Source: a virus. From it: a stretch of 64,000 bases of DNA. The notes beneath the pieces were generated by a model, which did no database searches, was not told the DNA's origin, and was given only the letters and a program-made list of their open reading frames with translations. Shown here piece by piece: positions 57,411 to 64,000 of this stretch; the stretch's first letter is position 1; each line of letters begins with the position of its first letter. Position numbers and translations under genes: made by a program. Location: IMG/VR virus record IMGVR_UViG_3300009514_000006, positions 61,615-125,614 of that record; one strand, written 5' to 3'.

Positions 57411-57751
57411 AGTCTTTTCCCGTGTTTATGGGGCCGTGTAGCATTGTATGCCTGCTTCTCTTCGATAGCCTTCTCTAAGTCTATACCGAGAGCACCACAA
57501 AGGTCCGCTATACGGATAACCGCATCCGCTAGCTCAATGCTAAAGCCCTCTGGTTTACCGTTTTCGTCTACATGATACATCCAATCATCCCTTAGTTCCC
57601 TATAGGCTTCAAGAGCCTCAGAGATCTCCGAATGAATAAGAGCCAATGTTTCGGGGATCCTAGCCTCTGGAGGACTTCCCCAGCGACCGCTCCAGAATCC
57701 CTTAGAGGCTGACATCTCGTGGGAGGCTTTAATTAGCTCTGCAATGGTCAT
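57407..57751 (-). CDS. MazG-like nucleotide pyrophosphohydrolase
   Basis: LALIHSEISEALEA...ELADAVIRIADL...KQAYN..RP.KHGK. Confidence 0.88.
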   Translation of the reverse strand: MTIAELIKASHEMSASKGFWSGRWGSPPEARIPETLALIHSEISEALEAYRELRDDWMYHVDENGKPEGFSIELADAVIRIADLCGALGIDLEKAIEEKQAYNATRPHKHGKRL

Positions 57752-58293
57752 GATGAGTAGCTCTTGCGAACCGCTTTAAGCGCGTCCACAGCATCATCCC
57801 TTTCGACAATTAGTTGTTTAGTAAGGGTCTTCTGTATCTTTATAGTAGTATTTAACATGTCGAGTGCGTCTTGCATATCCACAAGCTTGTCCATTACCTT
57901 CATAAAGAGAACCCAGTCAAGCACGACCTTTCCATCCTCTGGAGGGGTTCGACAGTAGTCCATAATTTCTTTAACTTCTTCGTCGCTAATCATTGATTAC
58001 CTCACAAATAAACTTGTTAGTCGTTGTTTCCAGTTCTTGTTCCTCTCAACCACTTGAGCAATTGGAATCTTTCTTTCTTTCATTCCTCGGTATACGAAGT
58101 TCCATTCGTGGGCCATTTGCTCGCCTAGTTCTTTATAACAAGGTTCGCATACTTCGCCGGTAAAATCTACGTGATTCTGCCGTTTGCCCCATCCGCCCCT
58201 GGAATATCCAAAGGTTACTTTAAGCCCCATCTTATTGAGCGGGGTTAGTTGAACTTCACAAATGTCACAAAAATGAGTTGTTTTAGTAGCCAT
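57748..58293 (-). CDS. Two hypothetical genes (57748..57993 coiled coil; 57997..58293 Zn-binding)
   Basis: CDIC...CEPC in the second. Confidence 0.5.
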
Positions 58294-59233
58294 TGTTCAC
58301 CAAAGTGTGGCCGATGAAGTCAGCCTTTTCCAGGTCTCCAGTTGAGGTGTTGGCGCTAAGTAGGTTTTCGACCTCGATGAGCACCGTGTCCGTAAAGTTA
58401 GCGTTGATAGCATTCAGATAGAACAGATTAGAGTAAGACAGATTTGCTAAGGAAAGGTTTGACCCAATCATAGAAGCATAAGAGAAATCTGAATATTGCA
58501 TGTTCGCCTTGGTTAGGTTGGCCAACCGGATACCTGCCCAGGCAAACGTAGTATTCAGAGCCACAGCCCCTTCCAAGTTGGCTTCCTGTAAGTTAGCTAG
58601 GGAGAAGTCAGCAGATCCCAATGAAGTATAGGATAGATCAACTTTATGTAGTTTTGCGTTTCGGAAGCTAGCACCAAACAGATTGGCTCCTTTAAAGTCC
58701 ACTTCGGAGCCCATCGCCGAGGAGAACTCAGCCCCATAAAGGTCAGACCCTGCAAAACACGCTCCTGTAATACTAGTCTTGAAAAAGTTAGTATTACGTA
58801 GGTTTAGGTGGCTTAGGTTAGCTCCAACTAAGACCGAATAGATAAATGTACTATGAGAGATCTTAGCATCAGTAAAGTCACTGCATTCTAAGGCAGAGTC
58901 TGAGAAGACAATGTGCTCCCCAACAACTCTCTTAAAGGAAGACTTGTACCCCACTGCTAGGTGGAAATTGGCATAGGTAAGGTTTGCTTCGTCAAACACC
59001 GCTTCAGCAATAGATGTTTGTCGAAAGCTAGCCGATTTTAGGTTGGCTCTTGTGAAGATAGCGCCGGACAAGTCGAATTCATCGAAATTAAATCCAGTTA
59101 AATCACAGTCAGTGAAATCAGCCCTCTTTCTTGTGTCACCAAACGAACTGTACTCTTCGTGGTTTTTTATGATTTCACGTATTTGTTCGCCAGTTAGTTC
59201 GGTTTTTTTACTTTGTGTTTTACTTGTTGTCAT
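58283..59233 (-). CDS. Pentapeptide-repeat protein
   Basis: Roughly 50 A(D/N)(L/F)xx repeats over 316 aa. Confidence 0.93.
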   Translation of the reverse strand: MTTSKTQSKKTELTGEQIREIIKNHEEYSSFGDTRKRADFTDCDLTGFNFDEFDLSGAIFTRANLKSASFRQTSIAEAVFDEANLTYANFHLAVGYKSSFKRVVGEHIVFSDSALECSDFTDAKISHSTFIYSVLVGANLSHLNLRNTNFFKTSITGACFAGSDLYGAEFSSAMGSEVDFKGANLFGASFRNAKLHKVDLSYTSLGSADFSLANLQEANLEGAVALNTTFAWAGIRLANLTKANMQYSDFSYASMIGSNLSLANLSYSNLFYLNAINANFTDTVLIEVENLLSANTSTGDLEKADFIGHTLVNNGY

Positions 59234-59234
59234 C

Positions 59235-59639
59235 TTAATCCTTAAGAAGGTGATTATACGAACCTTTTACGATTTCGATAAATCCCTTTACTCGAAACAA
59301 ATACTCTCTAACCTTTGTATACTCTTCATTGGAGTTAGCTTCGCTTAGCATCTCAGACATTAGTTCAATGGCAGAGTCTACCTTATCGAAGGTCTCCCGC
59401 CAATCCTCGTAGAGCCCCTCACACTCGATGAGGGCGTCATAGTTCTCTAAGATGACCTCAGCCCTGTTCTTGGCTGCCTTAAGCGTAGGAAGGTACTCTG
59501 AATAGCTCTTGTGCGGAAATGTCATCTCCCAGCGATTAGACATGTGCGCCTTTCGGATGACCACCCCCGCCAAGCTATTTATGGTAGCTATATAAGCCCA
59601 CCCATCACGGCTAATCATCACTCGTTTCCATTGCAGCAT
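59235..59639 (-). CDS. Hypothetical protein, paralogue of the adjacent upstream gene
   Basis: TL..AK..A..and R.KGF..IV..SYNHL.K shared with 59646. Confidence 0.65.
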   Translation of the reverse strand: MLQWKRVMISRDGWAYIATINSLAGVVIRKAHMSNRWEMTFPHKSYSEYLPTLKAAKNRAEVILENYDALIECEGLYEDWRETFDKVDSAIELMSEMLSEANSNEEYTKVREYLFRVKGFIEIVKGSYNHLLKD

Positions 59640-59645
59640 ACTATC

Positions 59646-60113
59646 CTACTCTTTGATTAAATGATTGTACGAATTATCAACAATGTCTTTAAAACCCTTT
59701 AATCGAATAAGAGAATTCTTAACTTCAGGTATATCGCTCTTACTGGTAATATCAACAAGCTTCTTAGACCATTGAAATAGCTCTCGATGCATTTGGGTAA
59801 GCATACCTTGGGTTCTATGTAGCTCTTTAAAAAACTCAGTCACAAAGGACAAATCCTCATAAAGAATGTTCGCGGCTTTCTTTGCTTCCCTAAGAGTATC
59901 ATATTGCATACCCCAAAGGCCATACTGGCCATTCTGATCTCGATAATGTAGGACCCAAAACTTACCTCCTCGATCCTTATCAATCCTTAGTACGGTCTTA
60001 CCCTCTCCTGTGGCATAGTACGATCCGTCATGTCGGCCCCACTTAATCATATTAGCACCTCCGTGAACACTGGCAACTGATAGCATTGTCATGTAAAGCA
60101 GAAAGGAAGTCAA
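59646..60113 (-). CDS. Hypothetical protein (true start probably MIKWGRH near 60050)
   Basis: SD GGAGG before MIKW; TTGACT-N17-GACAAT promoter lies inside the annotated N-terminus. Confidence 0.6.
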   Translation of the reverse strand: MTSFLLYMTMLSVASVHGGANMIKWGRHDGSYYATGEGKTVLRIDKDRGGKFWVLHYRDQNGQYGLWGMQYDTLREAKKAANILYEDLSFVTEFFKELHRTQGMLTQMHRELFQWSKKLVDITSKSDIPEVKNSLIRLKGFKDIVDNSYNHLIKE

Positions 60114-60198
60114 TAAGAAACTGAGAACATGCCAGATATGACGGATTAGGAATGCCTGATACCGCGCGGGTGACTATAGAATCGGGTGACTATAGAAT

Positions 60199-60233
60199 AA
60201 AGAAAAGGGCTCTAGCGCTTCTACTAGGCCCTT
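60199..60233 (-). terminator. Rho-independent terminator
   Basis: aagggc/gccctt plus ctag/ctag stem followed by TTTTCTTT on minus strand. Confidence 0.65.
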
Positions 60234-60289
60234 ATAATAGGATGAATAGGGTTTGGTTCTATTTATTCTTGAATAAGCTGAGCGGTGGG

Positions 60290-60712
60290 TTATAGCTTAT
60301 CGATGTGATCTTGGTATACCTGCTTTTCCTTTTCCCAGATATGCTTGGCTAGATCTACTATATTTGGTTCTACCTTCTCTCCATATACCCACCACTCTTG
60401 ATGGCCGTTGGCCATGTCAAGAGCGGGACCACCGATGCGGTGGAGTTCTCCATGTAGATACCAGACCTGGCCTCCATTGCTTCTTTCCACAGCCGGTCCA
60501 TTTTCCCTATGCGGTTTGCCGTGGTACCACCACTCCCTGTCTCCTTCAGGGGTCTCCACAGCCGGATCTATGAGACGGTGCTTGTTTCCTTGGTGGTACC
60601 ATATCTTCCAGCCGTTGGGAGTCTCTACAGCTGGTCCATCATCTCTGTGGAGGAGGTTATCTTTATACCACCGTTTAACGCCTTGTTTGTCGGTTTCAAG
60701 AATACTAGTCAT
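60290..60712 (-). CDS. HRxDGPA repeat (MORN-variant-like) protein, diverged paralogue
   Basis: Four W...G..HR.(D/N/G)(G/D)PA.E units; C-terminus similar to 61395 and 61822. Confidence 0.8.
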   Translation of the reverse strand: MTSILETDKQGVKRWYKDNLLHRDDGPAVETPNGWKIWYHQGNKHRLIDPAVETPEGDREWWYHGKPHRENGPAVERSNGGQVWYLHGELHRIGGPALDMANGHQEWWVYGEKVEPNIVDLAKHIWEKEKQVYQDHIDKL

Positions 60713-60713
60713 A

Positions 60714-61420
60714 CTAATCGTTGCTCACCGTGCCGCCGCTTGCTGCGCTGTTGGAGGCTGGTCCTACTACATAGAGTGCTTTAGCGATTGTCTCCCTTAC
60801 CTTCTCAGAGCCTGAAGGAGAGGTGTCTAGATAGTCAGCAGCAATTGCAGCAAGGTTATAGATGGTCTCTTTGAGGTCAAGAATCAGTCGCTCATTGGCG
60901 TATACTATATCTAGAGCTTTTGCTTCGTGCACGCATTTTACTCCCCAACATATAGTGTCTCTAGTAGCTGCTTCATATTCACGAAGTCTTTGTAGTTCTT
61001 GTTGTGTTTTACAGAGCTTGTCACACATTGCTGTTATTCCTTTCTTGGATCACTCTACTCTGTTTCGTTTGCTTCGACAAGATCAAAGTTCTTAGCTATC
61101 CCTGATAGTTTCTTTGACCAGGTTGCTGGCGGGTCTGTGTCGTGCATATCCTGCAAAGCAGTGAGTAGTTCCAGTGCCTCTTCTGGCAAACCTGACTTTT
61201 CCATTACTCTTGGATAGTGTTTAAACAGCTCATCAACACCCATTCCAATTTCTTCATCGAATGCCTTTTTGTAGTATTGGTCTGGAATCAAATACCCAAC
61301 AGGACATTTTCTGCCTCTCTGTCCTCGATAGGCACATAAGCCAGATTCTTTTTGTGACCTTTTGTTTTGCTCAAGTAAGTGTTTTTTCACTAAATCAAAT
61401 ATTTGTTGATTGGTTAGCAC
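60714..61420 (-). CDS. Two hypothetical genes (60714..61028; 61055..61420)
   Basis: Second has CAYRG...KC.VG.LIPD...LQ..HD, a pattern seen in phage unknowns. Confidence 0.55.
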
Positions 61421-61832
61421 TAATTTGCTCCTGGTACTTGTCCCGATCTCGTTCCCACTCCCATTTAGCTATCTGTAGCACAGTGGGGGTAAATTTCTCC
61501 CCGTTTAGGTACCACTCCTTGTATCCGTTTGAGTACTCAACAGCGGGACCGTCTTCCCGATGTAGCTTCCCCTTTAGACACCACGCCTTGTGCCCGTTTG
61601 GGTGCTCAAAAGCGGGACCGTCTTCCCTGTGTCGCTTCCCGTTTAGGCACCACTCCTTGTATCCGTCGGGGTTCTCAACAGCGGGACCGTCTTCCCGATG
61701 TAGCTTCCCGTTTAGGTACCAAGCCTTGTCCCCGTTTGAGTACTCAATAGCGGGACCGTCTTCCCGATGTAGCTTCCCGTTTAGGTACCACGCCTTGGTC
61801 CCGTTTGGGCGCTCGATGAGTTTAGGTTGCAC
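61395..61832 (-). CDS. HREDGPA 23-aa repeat protein, copy B
   Basis: 69-bp repeat units, GTG start with SD CAGGAG. Confidence 0.85.
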   Translation of the reverse strand: MQPKLIERPNGTKAWYLNGKLHREDGPAIEYSNGDKAWYLNGKLHREDGPAVENPDGYKEWCLNGKRHREDGPAFEHPNGHKAWCLKGKLHREDGPAVEYSNGYKEWYLNGEKFTPTVLQIAKWEWERDRDKYQEQISANQSTNI

Positions 61833-62265
61833 TAATTTGCTCCTGGTACTTGTCCCGATCTCGCACCCACTCCCATTTAGCTACCTGTAGCACAGTGGGG
61901 GTAAATCTATTACCGTTTAGGTACCACTCCTTGTATCCGTTTGAGTACTCAACAGCGGGACCGTCTTCCCGATGTAGCTCCCCATTTAGCCACCACTCCT
62001 TGTATCCGTCTGGGTGCTCAAAAGCGGGACCGTCTTCCCGATGTAGCTCCCCGTTTAGGCACCAAGCCTTGTTCCCGTTTGAGTACTCAATAGCGGGACC
62101 GTCTTCCCGATGTAGCTTCCCGTTTAGCCACCACTCCTTGTTCCCGTTTGAGTACTCAACAGCGGGACCGTCTTCCCTGTGTCGCTCCCCATTTAGCCAC
62201 CACTCCTTGGTCCCGTCTGGGTGCTCGGTGAGTTTAGGTCTATTAGTTCTCTTTTTGAAGCCCAT
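61822..62265 (-). CDS. HREDGPA 23-aa repeat protein, copy A
   Basis: 69-bp repeat units; 3' end nearly identical to copy B at offset 412 bp. Confidence 0.85.
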   Translation of the reverse strand: MGFKKRTNRPKLTEHPDGTKEWWLNGERHREDGPAVEYSNGNKEWWLNGKLHREDGPAIEYSNGNKAWCLNGELHREDGPAFEHPDGYKEWWLNGELHREDGPAVEYSNGYKEWYLNGNRFTPTVLQVAKWEWVRDRDKYQEQISAT

Positions 62266-62384
62266 TTAGTCATCCTATTTATATTTTATAGTATCCCTTA
62301 AGGACATAATGTCCGCCACGAGTGGAGCTATACCAATAAAGGGACCATAGGATTGTGTTGTCCTGCATGGCGCTAATCAGTTGC

Positions 62385-63325
62385 TCATTTCTCAGCCTTC
62401 CTGCACGCCATAACCGCAATCGCTTCTATATCTGTGAGTGCCTGGAATTCTAGTTCAGACGCTCCCTCTGCTGCGAAGCCTGCTATTTCATGGATTTTTG
62501 ACAATGCTGCTAGTGCTGCATCTAGTCTAGAGCGCAATGTTAAACCCTTTTCATGACACCTATAACACCAACTCATTTCATCACCTTGAACTGCTGTGTT
62601 TTTGTCCTGCTCATTTTTATTTCACCTCAAACCTCTTTTTGAGTTTTTCATACATAGCTTTTTCTCTTTTTAGATGCTTTTCGTTTTCTTCCTTGAGCCG
62701 CTCGTTTTCTTCCTTGAGCCGCTTGTTTTCTGTTTTCCAAGCTTCAATGATAGGTTGCATCGACTCATTCAACCTAAACCTTTCCTGGATAGCTGTGTCT
62801 TCAGGAATTTCGAGGATGATTCTTTTCCATTCATTAAGTCTTTCTAGCTCCTGATACTGAATTTTATACATTGATTCTAGTCTGCTGTATTCATTGACAC
62901 ATACGCTTTGGGCCTCACCTACTGGGCATAGCTGTGGTTCCCCATCATCACGGAACCACACACAGTGTAAACCACAATAATACTGGTCTTTCCAGGTCTT
63001 GTCTTTGTTAATGTCGCATTCTACTGCTGCAAAATGATTACTCATGTTTTTTCTAATCACCATAATCACACACACAGCCCCCATTTGGACACACAGGGCA
63101 TTCATGAACATAGTACCTGTTTGGTATCTCCCACGATTCAGACTCCCAGTAGCCGCCCAGTGAAGCCACAGGATACCATTCCCCACACTCACAACACTTA
63201 GCCTCTGTTACTGAGGGAAGAACCTTCTCATCGAAAATACCCATAACCAACCTTGTACCAAACAACCCTTTCGCTGACAAGGGAAAACTCTGGAAAAATA
63301 TTTTCTCCCTCTCCCCCTTTGTCAA
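62385..63325 (-). CDS. Three early hypothetical genes (62385; 62617 Cys-rich plus coiled coil; 63053 Zn-binding, true start probably near 63242)
   Basis: CECG...CPVC in the last; starts uncertain. Confidence 0.45.
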
Positions 63326-63331
63326 TTAAAA

Positions 63332-63368
63332 TTCTCCCCCTTCTCCCCCTTCTCCCCCTTCTCCCCCC
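63332..63368. repeat. 9-bp tandem repeat ttctccccc x4 just upstream of a minus-strand TTGACA
   Basis: Read directly. Confidence 0.85.
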
Positions 63369-63472
63369 GTCGTATTTTTTGCTGAGGGTAGTTTGTACCA
63401 CAGGCCATATATCCCCTTTTCTCATGATTGGTTTTCAGTTCTCGGGTTTTAGTTCTCGGGGTTCAGTCGGCG

Positions 63473-63541
63473 TTTAACATTGGTTAAAATGCGTTTTACA
63501 GGGGTTTAGCAGGGGTATACTATCGTTCTTTACATGTAAAG
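63473..63541. promoter_or_regulatory. Operator-like inverted repeats in the early promoter region
   Basis: TTTAAC-N4-GTTAAA (63473-63488) and perfect CTTTACATGTAAAG (63528-63541). Confidence 0.5.
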
Positions 63542-63665
63542 CGTTTGTGGCATAATACTATTTTATTTTATTTGTAAAGGGCTTTTTATCAGATATCGTT
63601 GGTGAGGAGCCTAGGTGGGACAAAACCGCACATTCGCCTACGTGCTTATTTGTTCAGGTAGGCAA

Positions 63666-64000
63666 GTGTCCCACATGTAGCATGGTGTAGCATGGTGTCC
63701 CACATGTAGTCCAGTGTAGCATGGTGTCCCACATGTAGCATGGTGTAGCATGGTGTCCCACATGTAGCATGGTGTAGCATGGTGTCCCACATGTAGCATG
63801 GTGTAGCATGGTGTCCCACATGTAGTCCAGTGTAGCCAGGTGTAGTCCAGTGTAGCCAGGTGTAGTCCAGTGTAGCCAGGTGTAGTCCAGTGTAGTCCGG
63901 TGGCCCACCACGGCCCACCACGGCCCACCACGGCCCACCACGGCCCACCACGGCCCACCACGGCCCACCACGGCCCACCACGGCCCACCACGGCCCACCA
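63666..64000. repeat. Hierarchical tandem satellite (29-bp, 20-bp, then 10-bp units)
   Basis: gtgtccc recurs every 29 bp from 63666 to 63811; (tgtagtccagtgtagccagg)x3; (cggcccacca) about x10 to the window edge. Confidence 0.97.

Noticed and set aside
45723-57751. Z-genome (2-aminoadenine) pathway
   Set aside because: MazG-like and nucleotidase genes are present but no PurZ or DatZ-type HD enzyme is seen in the window
60167-60198. 16-bp tandem duplicate cgggtgactatagaat resembling an SP6 promoter
   Set aside because: Lacks two bases of the SP6 consensus, points against local genes, no other copies or single-subunit RNAP seen; the duplication itself is real but unexplained
61395-62265. Diversity-generating retroelement target/template pair
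   Set aside because: No reverse transcriptase in the window, no non-coding template, many adenines (AAG, GAA GAC, CTA) are invariant, and variants travel as linked blocks typical of recombination
63638-64000. CRISPR array, or the three repeat-encoded ORFs
   Set aside because: No unique spacers; ORFs in all three frames are a by-product of stop-free repeats
1-64000. tRNA genes, introns, inteins
   Set aside because: No cloverleaf with a T-loop found in intergenic gaps; core genes are uninterrupted and of normal length. A by-eye scan could miss one.

Overview
This 64 kb window comes from a large dsDNA tailed phage. It uses the standard genetic code, is densely coding, and shows no rRNA, tRNA, CRISPR array, reverse transcriptase or IS element that I could recognise. 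It has three transcriptional blocks. (1) Minus strand, 1-33443: fibre genes, neck protein, a major capsid protein clearly of the SPO1/Twort/A511 (Herelleviridae-type) family, scaffold, prohead protease, portal and a DnaG primase. Between and upstream of portal and protease lie about 8 extra genes (pseudo-topoisomerase IB, PPase-like, DUF5661, Zn-ribbon, cupin, disordered proteins), many carrying the same hydrophobic-x-K-[S/A/G] motif found at the capsid maturation site. (2) Plus strand, 33497-45747: lipoproteins, an amidase endolysin and 13 fibre/decoration genes, about 7 of which share an N-terminal peptide. (3) Minus strand, 45723-63330: early/accessory genes (nucleotide-pool enzymes, solo HicB, several peptidases, DNA glycosylase, pentapeptide protein, repeat-protein paralogues), with plus-strand islands for a fatty-acid-hydroxylase-family gene and an Hsp20. 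Non-coding highlights are a roughly 340 nt hairpin-dense element near the primase, a small multi-stem element at about 50.0 kb, and a hierarchical 10-bp-phased satellite at the right edge. No terminase, tail sheath, tape measure, helicase or polymerase is visible here. The Cys-rich lipoproteins hint at a diderm, possibly myxobacterial, host (inference only). All family assignments are by-eye motif recognition, not database searches.
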